From assembly GCA_963803855.1 (NCBI GenBank), contig CAWDNX010000003.1:23966-87965 (forward strand): 64,000 nucleotides of DNA, in the 5' to 3' direction. The DNA is from Methanotrichaceae archaeon (GTDB lineage: Archaea; Halobacteriota; Methanosarcinia; Methanotrichales; Methanotrichaceae). Position numbers and translations under genes: made by a program. The notes beneath the pieces were generated by a model that worked only from the letters and a program-made list of their open reading frames with translations, did no database searches and had not been told where the DNA came from. Shown here piece after piece: positions 37,640-48,312 of the stretch (positions within the stretch are counted from its first letter, which is position 1; each line of letters opens with the position of its first letter).

Positions 37640-37957
37640 CTAACCCTTCCCGGAGGACCGGTACGGGCGCCTCATCTGTTCGCCGCATAATAGGCAGGTG
37701 GTGGTCAGGACGCCTTCGCGAAGCCTAACCCTCGTCGCTGCCGGTGAGAGAAAGCTGCCGCAGTGTCTGCAAAAGAGCCTTTTCAGCGGGCGGGGCATTC
37801 TTACTCTGGTGCGGGTGCAAATCTTCCTGGCGATCTGCACATATCTGTCGCTCCTCTCCGGGTGGGCGGCATGCGCTACCGCTGCCAGCTCAAAAAGTCT
37901 CTCCATACGCTGTAAGGCCAGATCTCTGGTTTTGTGGCTGTCCTTTCTCCGTCTCAC
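37640..37957 (-). CDS. rnp4: Ribonuclease P protein component 4 (Rpp21)
   Basis: A.QRM..LF..A, RYV..AR, FCRHC..TCLLCG..RRPY. Confidence 0.9.
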   Translation of the reverse strand: MRRRKDSHKTRDLALQRMERLFELAAVAHAAHPERSDRYVQIARKICTRTRVRMPRPLKRLFCRHCGSFLSPAATRVRLREGVLTTTCLLCGEQMRRPYRSSGKG

Positions 37958-38040
37958 GGGCTATTCCTTGCAGAGAAGGGTATTATTAAACTATTTGATC
38001 GGCTGATATCCGGCCTGCTATCCAAAATCCCTGCAAAATA

Positions 38041-38116
38041 GCTTCGTGCGTTCGTCCTCTGTGCGCTCTGCGACTCTGCGGTTCAATTCCTTAACCGCTG
38101 GTTATAATTATCAGGC
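38041..38116 (-). repeat. Solitary copy of the repeat (right core arm plus triple CAGAG)
   Basis: Reverse complement CTGATAATTATAACCA-16bp-ACCGCAGAGTCGCAGAGCGCACAGAGGACGAACG. Confidence 0.8.
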
Positions 38117-38168
38117 TCTAAGTGTTTTGGAAAACTTATTTCTATATGCGTGAGAGATCTGCCATTGA

Positions 38169-38429
38169 ATGCCCGCCAAACCCCTTTCCCTCAAGATCAC
38201 CCCGGAGATGGAGGAGTACATCCTCGCCCGCTCTACTGATCTACGCGTCGCCACCACCTGTGAAGGGCCACTGATGTTTTCCATCAGAATCAGCCCCCCT
38301 AAGGCGACAGATCACGTAATATTAGTAGGAGAGCGTAAGATCTATGTTTCTGCCGTCCAGGCGCCCCATATCAAATCCATCGACGACAAGATGCTGCCCC
38401 GCTGCGCCCTGGAGAAGAAACGGCAGTGA
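38169..38429 (+). CDS. Small conserved hypothetical protein
   Basis: Clean 86-aa ORF with a TATA-like element upstream. Confidence 0.6.
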   Translation: MPAKPLSLKITPEMEEYILARSTDLRVATTCEGPLMFSIRISPPKATDHVILVGERKIYVSAVQAPHIKSIDDKMLPRCALEKKRQ

Positions 38430-38463
38430 ATCTTGAGTTCATTTTGGCAATATGAAATAAAGT

Positions 38464-38997
38464 TTAGCGGCTGTCCAGCCACTTTCTTAGAGCCCTCATG
38501 GAGCCGGCGCGGTGGGAGATTCTGTTCTTCTCCGCAATCTCCATCTCCCCCAAACTCACGTCGCCCACATAAAAGATGGGATCATAGCCAAAGCCCTTCT
38601 TGCCCCGCGCCTCAAAGCCAATCTGCCCCTGCACCTCTCCTGAGAACATTACTGTCTCCATGCCCGGCTCAGCGTAGGCGACCACCGATTTGAAGTAAGC
38701 TGATCGATTCTCCAGGGCCCCCATGAGCCGCAGTATCCCGGCGTTGCCTATGGTCTTTTGCACATACGCGGAATAAACGCCCGGAAATCCTTGCAGAGCA
38801 TCTACGAAAAGGCCCGCATCCTCGAGCATCACCGCCCCCTCTAAGCGGGCTGCGACCTCTAACATGCCATAAAGAGCCACCTCTTCCAAAGTGTCTGCCT
38901 GAATTTCGGCGTAGCCGATATCCCTTTGCTCGAGATCCCCGAATATTGCCTGCGCCTCAGCGTACTTTCCCTTGTTGCTGGTCACAAAATAGATCAT
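38464..38997 (-). CDS. rdgB: Non-canonical purine NTP pyrophosphatase (HAM1/RdgB)
   Basis: TSNKGK, EDAGL, FPGVYS, FGYDPIF, SHR. Confidence 0.95.
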   Translation of the reverse strand: MIYFVTSNKGKYAEAQAIFGDLEQRDIGYAEIQADTLEEVALYGMLEVAARLEGAVMLEDAGLFVDALQGFPGVYSAYVQKTIGNAGILRLMGALENRSAYFKSVVAYAEPGMETVMFSGEVQGQIGFEARGKKGFGYDPIFYVGDVSLGEMEIAEKNRISHRAGSMRALRKWLDSR

Positions 38998-39008
38998 TTC
39001 TAATCCCG

Positions 39009-39812
39009 CTAACTTTTCCTCATGTTCTTTTCGGCTTCCACTTCCAGCCTTACCATCCCGACATGAACATTTCCCTCGTCATCGAGAGGATGTACCCGGA
39101 TATACCGATCAACCACTTCGCTGATAAAATCCATTCGCAAACCCTCTGGTATTTTTTCAATGTATGGCAGCCATGTAGCCTTGAACCAGGAGATCAAACC
39201 CTCTCGTCCCCTCTGGACCATATCCTTTGCTACCAGCTCCACCCTCAAGACGCTCAGGCCGGCACGTTCAAGCCAGGTCCGATACTCGTCAGGGCAAAAG
39301 AAGCCATAAGGAAACCTGAAACCTTCGAAGTACCCGGACCATTTCTCCTCAGAAATGAGCCCATTTACAACCTCCAGGATCGCGGCGGCATTGCCCCTGC
39401 CTCCAAACTGCATTAGGACCTTACCATCATTCTTGAGGCTGCGTTTGATCCCTTCCAGAACCGGTCCATGATCCAGCACCCAATGGAGGCATGCAAAAGA
39501 GAGAACGAGATCGAACTCATCTTCATACTTTAATTCCGAAGCGTCTCCATATTGAAAGGATAGGTTAGGCTGGATCAAAGGCGGAAACCGAAGCCTGGCG
39601 AAGCCAAGCATCTCCACGGAGTTGTCGAGGCCCATGACAGATCCCCTGGGGACGAGGAGTGCCATCTCCGCTGTGATTTTGCCATCTCCACATCCGATAT
39701 CGAGAATCCGTTCATCTCCTCTGATAGAGATTTTGGATAGAAGTTCCTGTGCCCATTTCTGCTGGGCAGAGGAACTCTTCTCATATACTTTAGGGTCCCA
39801 TCTGTGCATCAC
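39009..39812 (-). CDS. Class I SAM methyltransferase (trans-aconitate methyltransferase-like)
   Basis: WDP..Y, ILDIGCGDG, LHWV. Confidence 0.88.
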   Translation of the reverse strand: MMHRWDPKVYEKSSSAQQKWAQELLSKISIRGDERILDIGCGDGKITAEMALLVPRGSVMGLDNSVEMLGFARLRFPPLIQPNLSFQYGDASELKYEDEFDLVLSFACLHWVLDHGPVLEGIKRSLKNDGKVLMQFGGRGNAAAILEVVNGLISEEKWSGYFEGFRFPYGFFCPDEYRTWLERAGLSVLRVELVAKDMVQRGREGLISWFKATWLPYIEKIPEGLRMDFISEVVDRYIRVHPLDDEGNVHVGMVRLEVEAEKNMRKS

Positions 39813-39971
39813 TAACCTCCTCTACAGTTTTGCTTCTTCTTGAGATAAAGGCTTAACCGATGAAGATTTGGCCGAACCGCTTATCTAACGCGATCTATTT
39901 AACTCAAGGGCAACGTTTTTAGATGCCTAGCATAAAGTAGCAGTGGTAAATGCGAATCTGGTGAGATAAAA

Positions 39972-41219
39972 ATGGATCTGGGTGACAGAATCTCCGTTAA
40001 GAGGGACGGCACATCCTTCGAGGGCGTGCTTATGCCTTCCCGACGCGAAGGATACTTGGTTATAAAGCTGGACAACGGCTACAATATCGGCCTATGTACC
40101 GCTAAGTGTGAGCTACAGCTCCTGCAAAAGCGCCCGGAAAGTTTGCCACAACAGAAGATCAGGCCTTTGCCGGTGAGAGAGGGCCTTCCCCAGGTTTCCA
40201 TTCTATCCACAGGAGGAACGATTGCCAGCAAGGTCGATTACCGCACGGGAGCCGTCACCAGCCAGTTCTCCGCCGGCGAGATCATATCCGCCATCCCGGA
40301 GCTGGAGGAGATCGCCAACTACCGAGCCCGCGTCATCTATCAGATCTTGAGCGAGAACATGCGCGCCGAATACTGGATAAAGCTCGCACAATCTGTGGCA
40401 GAGGAGATATCTGCAGGCGCACAGGGCGTGATCATAACCCACGGCACAGATACCATGATGTATACCGCTGCGGCGCTCTCCTTTATGCTCCGAACGCCCG
40501 TGCCCGTAGTCATCGTCGGCTCGCAGAGGAGCTCCGACCGGCCCAGCAGCGATGCCTCCATGAATGCCGTCTGTGCGGCAAGCGTTGCCATCAGCGACAT
40601 TGCCGAGGTCTGTGTGGTGATGCACGGCACAACCAGCGACGATTACTGCACCATCCACCGCGGCACACGTGTCCGGAAGATGCACACCTCTCGCCGGGAC
40701 GCCTTCCAGAGCATAAACCAGGCGCCTCTTGGAAAGGTAGACTACCTCACCAGAAAGATCCAGACCTTCCAGCCCTACCGCCGGAGGGGCGAGGTGAAGC
40801 TGGAGGTTATGGACAAGCTTGAGCCCCAATGCGCCCTGGTCAAGTACACGCCGGGATCTTCGCCGGAGATCATGAACTACTACATCGATAAGGGCTATCG
40901 CGGCATCGTCCTCGAGGGCACGGGCTTAGGTCATGTGGCATCCGACTGGATAGACAGCATTAAGAGGGCCACAGAGGAGAATATCCCCGTGGTGGTAACC
41001 TCACAATGCCTGCGGGGCAGGATATGCGATCGGGTATACGATACAGGACGCGACATGCTGGACGGCGGAGCAATTGAGGGCGAAGATATGCTGCCCGAGG
41101 TGGCCCTGGTCAAACTCATGTGGACCGTCGCAAATGCAAAAAGTCTGGAAGATATCCGCACGCTCATGAAGAGGCCTCTGGCCAAAGAGATGTCTTTCTC
41201 CACGCCCATCACGGTGTAA
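39972..41219 (+). CDS. gatD: Glutamyl-tRNA(Gln) amidotransferase subunit D
   Basis: [36 protein letters not shown]. Confidence 0.96.
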   Translation: MDLGDRISVKRDGTSFEGVLMPSRREGYLVIKLDNGYNIGLCTAKCELQLLQKRPESLPQQKIRPLPVREGLPQVSILSTGGTIASKVDYRTGAVTSQFSAGEIISAIPELEEIANYRARVIYQILSENMRAEYWIKLAQSVAEEISAGAQGVIITHGTDTMMYTAAALSFMLRTPVPVVIVGSQRSSDRPSSDASMNAVCAASVAISDIAEVCVVMHGTTSDDYCTIHRGTRVRKMHTSRRDAFQSINQAPLGKVDYLTRKIQTFQPYRRRGEVKLEVMDKLEPQCALVKYTPGSSPEIMNYYIDKGYRGIVLEGTGLGHVASDWIDSIKRATEENIPVVVTSQCLRGRICDRVYDTGRDMLDGGAIEGEDMLPEVALVKLMWTVANAKSLEDIRTLMKRPLAKEMSFSTPITV

Positions 41220-41296
41220 GGGCGGCAGCCAAGGCCAAACCTTATAAGCAAGGTGCATAGTAGCACCAATCTCAGGATTATCGGAGGAATTTCGTT

Positions 41297-41812
41297 TTGA
41301 CACGCAAGCCAGCAAGCATGTATAGAAGGAGGGAACGGCCCTACACGCGCAGAAAATACATGGGCGGCGTTCCTGGAAGCAAAGTAGTGCACTATGATAT
41401 GGGAAATTTGACTGAAGATTTTCCCATCCAGATCACTTTAGTGGTCAAGGAACCCTGCCAGATCAGGCATACCGCTCTTGAAGCAGCCAGAGTTGCAGCC
41501 AACCGTTTCCTTATGAAAACGGCAGGCAGAACCAGCTTCCACCTCAAGTTGCGTACTTATCCCCACCATGTCATCCGAGAAAATAAGCAGGCTACGGGTG
41601 CAGGCGCCGACCGTGTCTCCAGCGGCATGAGGATGGCTTTCGGCAAGGCTGTGGGAACTGCAGCCAGGGTCGAGGCAGGCCAGAAGCTCTTTACCGTGGG
41701 AGTACCCCTTACATACCTTAACGACGCCAAGGTGGCATTGACAAGAGCCGGGCATAAATTGCCGACACCGATTCAGATCATAATAGAGTCGGGTCAAGAG
41801 TTGATAAAATAA
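41297..41812 (+). CDS. rpl10e: 50S ribosomal protein uL16 (L10e)
   Basis: [37 protein letters not shown]. Confidence 0.97.
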   Translation: MTRKPASMYRRRERPYTRRKYMGGVPGSKVVHYDMGNLTEDFPIQITLVVKEPCQIRHTALEAARVAANRFLMKTAGRTSFHLKLRTYPHHVIRENKQATGAGADRVSSGMRMAFGKAVGTAARVEAGQKLFTVGVPLTYLNDAKVALTRAGHKLPTPIQIIIESGQELIK

Positions 41813-41825
41813 TTAAGGTATCTGG

Positions 41826-42455
41826 ATGGATGACTATTTAGCGGGCCTGGATCGGGCCATGAAGAAGATGCCGGCCACTCGGGTGTCCAAAGAGCGGTTC
41901 GTCATACCTTCCGTCAAGGTCTTTTACGAAGGCAAGACCACCGTACTGGAGAACTTCGGGGCCATCGCGGACACACTAAATCGCGAACCTGAGCACCTCA
42001 TGAAATATCTGCTCCAGGAGATGGGCACAGCGGGCAAGATCGAAGGGCAGCGCGGCGTCTTTCAGGGAAAGTTCGGCGAGACTGCCATCGCCCGCCAGAT
42101 AGAGTCCTACTTCGAGGAGTATGTAGTCTGCACAGAGTGCAGGCTGCCCGACACTCACCTTCTCAAGAGCGATCGTGTTCTGACGCTCAAGTGCGATGCC
42201 TGCGGCGCTCACCGACCGGTGAGAAAGAGAAAGGCTGCCACGATCGTGCAGAAGGATGTCATCGAAGAGGGTGAGACTTATGAGCTACGCATTGAGTCCG
42301 TGGGCAACAAGGGCGACGGCATAGCCAAGGTGGACAAGTATCTCATATTCGTGCCCAGTGCCGTCAAAGGCGAGATCGTCAAGGCCAAGATCAAGAAGAT
42401 CAGCGGAACTTTGGCCTTCGCCGAGGTTGTGGAGCGAACCGGCAAGGTGCCTTAG
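41826..42455 (+). CDS. eif2b: Translation initiation factor 2 beta with TRAM domain
   Basis: ERF.IP, LNR.P.H, C..C.LPDT...C.ACG, TRAM GDGIAK. Confidence 0.93.
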   Translation: MDDYLAGLDRAMKKMPATRVSKERFVIPSVKVFYEGKTTVLENFGAIADTLNREPEHLMKYLLQEMGTAGKIEGQRGVFQGKFGETAIARQIESYFEEYVVCTECRLPDTHLLKSDRVLTLKCDACGAHRPVRKRKAATIVQKDVIEEGETYELRIESVGNKGDGIAKVDKYLIFVPSAVKGEIVKAKIKKISGTLAFAEVVERTGKVP

Positions 42456-42689
42456 ATGGAAGAGAAGATCACCCTCACTTTTACGGAGGAGAACAAGTAT
42501 CTGCTTGATTTCTCCCCGCCGGCCTTCTGGATGGAATATGCTAGTGGCTATGGTGGTCTTCCCTGGACTGAGATCAGTGAGGAGAGGACGGCGATTGTCG
42601 CCGTGAACTACTCCTATCTACTTGATCTCCTGGTTCAGGCCAGGCTCTACCGCCTCAGCAAGATGCCTTTTGACGAGCGATTTCAATAG
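42456..42689 (+). CDS. Small hypothetical protein
   Basis: Abuts eif2b and cofE within an operon. Confidence 0.6.
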   Translation: MEEKITLTFTEENKYLLDFSPPAFWMEYASGYGGLPWTEISEERTAIVAVNYSYLLDLLVQARLYRLSKMPFDERFQ

Positions 42690-42690
42690 A

Positions 42691-43422
42691 ATGCCATCAA
42701 TGCAAGGCTACGTCATTCGTGGCCTACCAATCATCAAGGAAGGCGACGATATTGCCTTGCTGGTCAAATCTCTTTTTGATTTTCAAGATGGTGATGTGCT
42801 CTGTCTGGCCAGTACCGTCGTGGCCAAGTCGGAGGGCCGTTTCCGGGAGCTGGAAAGCTATCATCCCACGGTAAGAGCCGCCCTGATTGCCGGAAAAGTC
42901 GGCAAAGACCCCAGATTCGTGCAGGCGGTCCTGGACGAATCGGTGGAGGTCTTGCTCGACCAACCCTTTCTGCTGGCAGTGACCCGTTTTGGTCATGTGG
43001 GCGTTAACGCCGGGATTGATCAGTCCAACGTAGGAGACGCCCGGATACTGCTGCTGCCCGAAAACCCCCGCGCCAGTGCGGTGCGGCTGCGCAAAGAGTT
43101 AGGAAAGGACTGCGCCGTAATCATCACTGATACCTGCGGCCGGCCCTTTCGCGCGGGCGTGGCGGGTGTGGCTGTGGGCTGGGCAGGGATCGCAGCTCTT
43201 CGCGACTGGCGTGGGGTGCAAGACCTGCACGGCAAGGCCCTGGAGATCACCTTAGAAGCCATTGTAGACGAGATCGCAGCAATGGCCAATCTGCTCATGG
43301 GCGAGGCAGGAGACGGGACACCGGCTGTTGTTTTTCGTGGATTGAAGTACCCTCGCGGCGGCGACGGCTCGGTCTTCATGGATGAGGACAAAGATGTGAT
43401 CCGGCCTCGCCTGAAGAGTTAA
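42691..43422 (+). CDS. cofE: Coenzyme F420-0:L-glutamate ligase
   Basis: GLPII..GDD, VAKSEG, NAGIDQSN, DTCGRPFR, GEAGDGTP. Confidence 0.93.
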   Translation: MPSMQGYVIRGLPIIKEGDDIALLVKSLFDFQDGDVLCLASTVVAKSEGRFRELESYHPTVRAALIAGKVGKDPRFVQAVLDESVEVLLDQPFLLAVTRFGHVGVNAGIDQSNVGDARILLLPENPRASAVRLRKELGKDCAVIITDTCGRPFRAGVAGVAVGWAGIAALRDWRGVQDLHGKALEITLEAIVDEIAAMANLLMGEAGDGTPAVVFRGLKYPRGGDGSVFMDEDKDVIRPRLKS

Positions 43423-43455
43423 GGTTTTATCAGAGCTTGTTAGAGATGTTCTTTC

Positions 43456-44112
43456 GTGGGACAGCCAATACACATGGTAATTCCTTTCAAGAACCAGGGG
43501 GCAAAGAGCAGGCTGGCGTCTGTTCTCACACCCCAAGAGCGGCAGCTCTTGTCATTTGCCATGCTGAAGGATGTCTTGCATGCAGTTTTGGGCCTGGGCT
43601 GGGCGACGGTCCTCTCCCGACCTAGGCTGGACGCCGCGAAGGTCGGCTACGATGTTGAGATTGTAGAATCCGAACTGGATCTGAATGATGCCCTCAATGC
43701 ATTTATCGCCGATGAGGCTATGCAAGGATGGCCATCGGACATTCTGATCGTCATGGCCGATCTGGCTCTTTTGACACAAAAAGACGTAGCGGGTATTCTG
43801 AGCTGTCCGGGCGATGTGGTACTCTGTCCGGGACGGGGGGGGGGCACCAATATGATCCTAATCAGGGCCCCCGGGTTTCGCACCTGCTACCAGGGGCTGA
43901 GTTTTCCCAAGCATCTGGCCTGCGCCCAGCAGGCGGGCCTTGAGGTATCCGTCTTCGAGTCCTTCCGGGCGGGATCTGACATCGATTGCCCGGAGGATCT
44001 GGCCGAGGTGCTGCTGCATGGTCGAGGGGAGGCGAGAGTGCTTCTGGAGAAGATGGGATTTTCCGTTTACGAAAAAAGGAGAGGTGGTGGCGGAGGCATT
44101 GGAAGGATCTAA
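43456..44112 (+). CDS. cofC: 2-phospho-L-lactate/PEP guanylyltransferase
   Basis: IPFK...KSRL, MADL, GGGTN, DIDCPEDL. Confidence 0.92.
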   Translation: MGQPIHMVIPFKNQGAKSRLASVLTPQERQLLSFAMLKDVLHAVLGLGWATVLSRPRLDAAKVGYDVEIVESELDLNDALNAFIADEAMQGWPSDILIVMADLALLTQKDVAGILSCPGDVVLCPGRGGGTNMILIRAPGFRTCYQGLSFPKHLACAQQAGLEVSVFESFRAGSDIDCPEDLAEVLLHGRGEARVLLEKMGFSVYEKRRGGGGGIGRI

Positions 44113-44140
44113 TTGCTTCATCAATCGCCAAATCGTTATC

Positions 44141-44917
44141 TTACTCTTTTTGGGCAACGATGATGATAGAGTAAGAGCCGTCCACATCCTCGACCGTAGG
44201 ATAGGCCGCGACATAAGAGAGCCATCGCATCATTTCCAGCGAATGCATGCTCGGCTCATCACCAAGCTTTCGCATGATTCGCTTGGCATTGGACAGTTGC
44301 TGTTCTCTTCGGAAGAGCGCTTTGGACCAGGACTGGCCCAGCCGGTAGATCACCTGCATTTCGTTTTGTGCCACCAGCCGGGAGAGCGAGGCGAAATTAA
44401 ACCATTGTTTGTGGGACTTGTTTCTGGGAAGACCGCTACTGTCGCCGGACTCGGAAAGGACATTGGGGACCGAGCAGATAAAAAAACCGCCCGGCTGCAG
44501 GATTTTGGAGAACTGGGCTATCGTCCGAAAGGGATCGAGCAGATGCTCCAGGGTCTCGAAGCTGACCACAGCCGCAGCGCTGCCCTCTTCTATTTCGGGA
44601 GACAACTCTTCTTCATCCAGGTCTTTATGGAGAAAATGCAGGTTTGGCATTTTATGCCTCTGGCGGGCCGATTCCATCAGAGTCCGATTCTTGTCAACGC
44701 CAACAACCTTCCCCGCCACACTGCATAACTGTGCAGTTCCGTATCCCAGGCCGCAGGAGATATCGGCCACAAGATCCGGCTTATGCGATCTTAAAAAATC
44801 AGTGGCAAAGAGGTAGCGACCCAGGTACTCGGCTTTGCGCCAGAGGTTGGAGTCGTTGGCATCAAAAGGATCTATCTGATCAAGACCGCTTCCGCTATAC
44901 GCCGAATATGAGGACAT
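44141..44917 (-). CDS. Class I SAM methyltransferase
   Basis: RY.FA, DISCGLGYG, SFETLEH. Confidence 0.85.
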   Translation of the reverse strand: MSSYSAYSGSGLDQIDPFDANDSNLWRKAEYLGRYLFATDFLRSHKPDLVADISCGLGYGTAQLCSVAGKVVGVDKNRTLMESARQRHKMPNLHFLHKDLDEEELSPEIEEGSAAAVVSFETLEHLLDPFRTIAQFSKILQPGGFFICSVPNVLSESGDSSGLPRNKSHKQWFNFASLSRLVAQNEMQVIYRLGQSWSKALFRREQQLSNAKRIMRKLGDEPSMHSLEMMRWLSYVAAYPTVEDVDGSYSIIIVAQKE

Positions 44918-44956
44918 ACGATCATTATTTATTGATTGAGCCTAAAAAACGTTTTC

Positions 44957-45655
44957 ATGAAGGTTCTTGCAATAAACGGCAGCCCTCACATGGATGAGGG
45001 AAATACGGCTATGATCCTCAATCCCTTTCTGGATGGTATGAAGGAAGCAGGCAGCGAAGTGGAAGTTTTCTACACCAGGAAGCTGAAGATCGGAGCCTGC
45101 AATGGAGACATGAGCTGCTGGTTTGTAAACCCCGGTACCTGTGGCCAGAAGGATGACATGCAGATGCTGCTGCCCAAGATTAAAGAAGCGGATGTCATCG
45201 TCTGGGCCAGCCCAGTTTACTATGCAGGCGTGACCGGTCCCCTGAAAAACCTGATAGACAGGCAACTGTCCATCCATGATATGGGAGGCCTGAGTGCAAA
45301 GAAGCAGAAGATCGTTCTCGTTTCCACCTGCGGCGCCTGGGAGCTGTCCATGTTCGACCCAATGCTCCTGCAGATGAAGGCCATCTACACCAGGCCGGAC
45401 GAAAGCAGTGACTTCGCGGGAGCTTTGCTGCGCCCCATGGCAGAAGGTGTAAAAGAGATGGTAAAGGCGGGGGAGACGGGATTGGTGGACGGAATTTTTC
45501 GGGCTGCTAAAGAAGCAGGCCGCCAGCTAGTGAAAGAAGGCATTATCTCCGAGGAACTGCAAAAACAGGTGAGCCGGGAGCTGATGCCTCGCGATGCCTA
45601 CTACAAAGCGGCCCAGATGATGATGGAGCAGGCGCAAAAAGCCATAAAAAAATAG
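44957..45655 (+). CDS. Iron-sulfur flavoprotein/flavodoxin family protein
   Basis: NGSP...GNT, CNGDMSCW......C, ASPVY. Confidence 0.88.
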   Translation: MKVLAINGSPHMDEGNTAMILNPFLDGMKEAGSEVEVFYTRKLKIGACNGDMSCWFVNPGTCGQKDDMQMLLPKIKEADVIVWASPVYYAGVTGPLKNLIDRQLSIHDMGGLSAKKQKIVLVSTCGAWELSMFDPMLLQMKAIYTRPDESSDFAGALLRPMAEGVKEMVKAGETGLVDGIFRAAKEAGRQLVKEGIISEELQKQVSRELMPRDAYYKAAQMMMEQAQKAIKK

Positions 45656-45683
45656 GAAGGACGGAGCTGAAAAACCTTTTTCT

Positions 45684-46619
45684 TCAGCTCTTCTTGGGAC
45701 GGACCACCATCACAGGGCTTAATGCCTGGCGGGCCACATCAAAGGTAGTGCTTCCTACGCGAATCTGCCGGCTCCAGCTCTTACCCACAGAGCCCATCAT
45801 AATCAGGGAGACATCCTGGCTTTTGGCCAAATTCAGGATCTCCTCTGCAGGGTGGCCCATTAGGACATGCACAGTGATCTTTTTGCCCTGGCCTGCCAAC
45901 TCAACACGTAGCAGGTTCAGCCTCTTTGCCGCCTCATCGAAATCATTTTCTTTGGAGATCACATGCACCAGCAAGATCTCCCGGACGCCCGGCAGATCCC
46001 TGGCCAGAGATATTGCCTGCTGCCCTGCATCGGAGAAGTCGGAGGTGAGCATCACTTTAGAAAATATGTCCCGGCAGAACATCTCATGCTCACCGTCTTT
46101 GCCGCCCTCCAGGATCTTGTGGCGGATGATGAGCAGATCGGTTTGGCCCTTTCTCAGCACCTCGGTGGAGACGGACCCCAGGAGCATGCCCTCTACCAGC
46201 CCTTTGCCCTGCGCGCCCATGCAGATGAGTGAGGCCTTCTCCTCCGCTGCCGTCTTAATAATGGCCTCGCCCACACTGCCTCCTTCTATCAGATCCAGGC
46301 CCGATTTGGGCAGCAGCCTCTTCATATCCACCCCGTCCGCGCCGCTCATCGGTTCCACGATGATCCTCAAAAGCGGCCGGACAGAGAGGCCTTTCTCGCC
46401 CAGATGGGAAAGGTGATCGGCCTGCTCGGCAAGCCTGGTATCTGCCTCATCGATAAGAGAGTCGTAGCTCCATCCTTTCTTCTCCAGGTTCATGGGATTG
46501 CCGCCGTCCACGACATTAAGAAGCACGACCTCTTCTATGCCCGGCATGTCCGCCAGGCACTCTTGCATCTTGTGGGCATAGCTGGAGAAGTCGGTGGGAA
46601 CGAGAACTTTTTTGAACAT
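45684..46619 (-). CDS. Universal stress protein (two USP domains)
   Basis: VLVPTDFS, MGAQG...LGSVS, VGSTT. Confidence 0.92.
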   Translation of the reverse strand: MFKKVLVPTDFSSYAHKMQECLADMPGIEEVVLLNVVDGGNPMNLEKKGWSYDSLIDEADTRLAEQADHLSHLGEKGLSVRPLLRIIVEPMSGADGVDMKRLLPKSGLDLIEGGSVGEAIIKTAAEEKASLICMGAQGKGLVEGMLLGSVSTEVLRKGQTDLLIIRHKILEGGKDGEHEMFCRDIFSKVMLTSDFSDAGQQAISLARDLPGVREILLVHVISKENDFDEAAKRLNLLRVELAGQGKKITVHVLMGHPAEEILNLAKSQDVSLIMMGSVGKSWSRQIRVGSTTFDVARQALSPVMVVRPKKS

Positions 46620-46673
46620 AGTCTTTCCTCTCTTCTCTCTTCAACTACAAAATATATCAATTTGGTGATGTTT

Positions 46674-47576
46674 TTAGATTTTCAGCCCCCCCTTTGCGTA
46701 GAGGTCCTCAGCCACCTGCAAGAGGCCGTCTCCCAATACCTCTCCCCCGTAGTCAGGCAGGATTGTAATGCGCTTTTCCCGGTAGCGGTCCCTTAGCTCC
46801 TGGATGTAAGCGGTCTGGGATGCCTTCTTCTCCCGGCAAAAGCGGCAGTCGCAGTCCTTGATCACGTGGTTGATGATAATGGAAGAGACAGAAACTCCGT
46901 GCGACTCTACCGTCTCAATCAGGCGTCGGCTCTCCTCCACAGCCGCTTTCTCGGGGATGGTAACAATAGTGATGCTGGCTGTCTCCGGATCGAGCAGGAC
47001 ATTACGCATGGTCTCGGCTTTCTGGCGCATGGTCCGAACTTCAGAAAGTATGCTGTCGCCAAACCCCGGCTGCAGAAGGTCGAGCACCCCCATCCATCTA
47101 TTTCTCATGCCCAGCACTTTTGTGACAAATCCGGTGGTGATGGAGGGCAGTTGCAGCAAAGGCAGGACCATGGCGGTTGGCGCCGAGTCTATGACCACAA
47201 AGTCGTACTGCTTCTCCACGTAGATGTCGTTTAATTTGTCCATGAAGATCAGTTCGGAGACGCCGGGCATGTTCCCGAAGTCTTCCGGTTTTACCTCCAC
47301 CTCGAAGAGGCCGAAGAGAGCTGTGAAGATGTTCTTGTACCTGCGAAAGAAGCCTCGCGCCTCCTCGGCCAGATCGGGCTCATAGGCATAGAGATGCTCG
47401 CGGATCTTTCTTGGCTTGCTGCCCAGATCGATGTCGAAGATGTCCGAGAGCGAGTGGGCCGGGTCCATGGAGAAGACCAGGGTATCCTTGCCCTGATGCG
47501 CTTTCCAGATGCCGGAAGCTGCCGAGCAGACGCTTTTGCCCACGCCTCCTTTGCCGGCCACATAAATCAGTTTCAT
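46674..47576 (-). CDS. ArsA/GET3-family ATPase
   Basis: GKGGVGKS, SMDPAHSLSD, DSAPT, CxxC. Confidence 0.92.
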   Translation of the reverse strand: MKLIYVAGKGGVGKSVCSAASGIWKAHQGKDTLVFSMDPAHSLSDIFDIDLGSKPRKIREHLYAYEPDLAEEARGFFRRYKNIFTALFGLFEVEVKPEDFGNMPGVSELIFMDKLNDIYVEKQYDFVVIDSAPTAMVLPLLQLPSITTGFVTKVLGMRNRWMGVLDLLQPGFGDSILSEVRTMRQKAETMRNVLLDPETASITIVTIPEKAAVEESRRLIETVESHGVSVSSIIINHVIKDCDCRFCREKKASQTAYIQELRDRYREKRITILPDYGGEVLGDGLLQVAEDLYAKGGLKI

Positions 47577-47683
47577 CGGGTCCCCAATCTTCCCGGGGGG
47601 ATTTAATGTTTTGCGCTGCAACAAAAGGTTTTTCTACTTTCACTACATTTTATTAGACTTAATTATAAAAGGGGGCGAAAGGT

Positions 47684-48051
47684 TTGAGAGAGCAAATTAT
47701 TCTGATCAGCATACTTATCCTGTGGGCATCTGCAGCACATAGGCGCGCGTAAGCGATCAGGCGACCGGCCTGGACATCCTGGGAAGCCGGGCGAACAATA
47801 CTACGATCATAGCACCGGACGGCATGCCGGTCGAAGTGAATATCATCGGCAGCACAGCCAGCAACATCCAGATCGGCTACCCGGCAGAAGTGGTCAACAA
47901 GAAATTGGAAAAGAGTGCGGTCCATGCGGCGAGGAAAAATGCTATGAAACCCCATGGGACGACTTCAAGAGGCCGCTATGCTACCCATGGAGTTCGTATA
48001 TTCCCACCAGATATAACCGGCCGCTCATTAAAAAAGATCCGGCATACATAA
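47684..48051 (+). CDS. Secreted hypothetical protein (frameshifted)
   Basis: Signal-peptide-like MREQIILISILILWASA; VEVNIIGS motif shared with the next gene. Confidence 0.4.
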
Positions 48052-48312
48052 GCACGCGCCAAAGATCCTCACCTTGGGGAGTGTGACAACAAAAGCATAA
48101 GTTTAAAAGTATTATTTTTATCTTCTTTTTATACATTTTCCCATGACAGTCTCGGATTTATTCCCGGCAATTGCCATCATTTAATCAAATTTTTTTCTAA
48201 TAATGCTCTGAGGAATACGAGACTTATCGACCCGAAAGATATTTCTACTTCCTGTATATATAAAACATAGGTTAAATATGTTTAGCTCAAATGAGAAATT
48301 TGCTGGAGGGGA

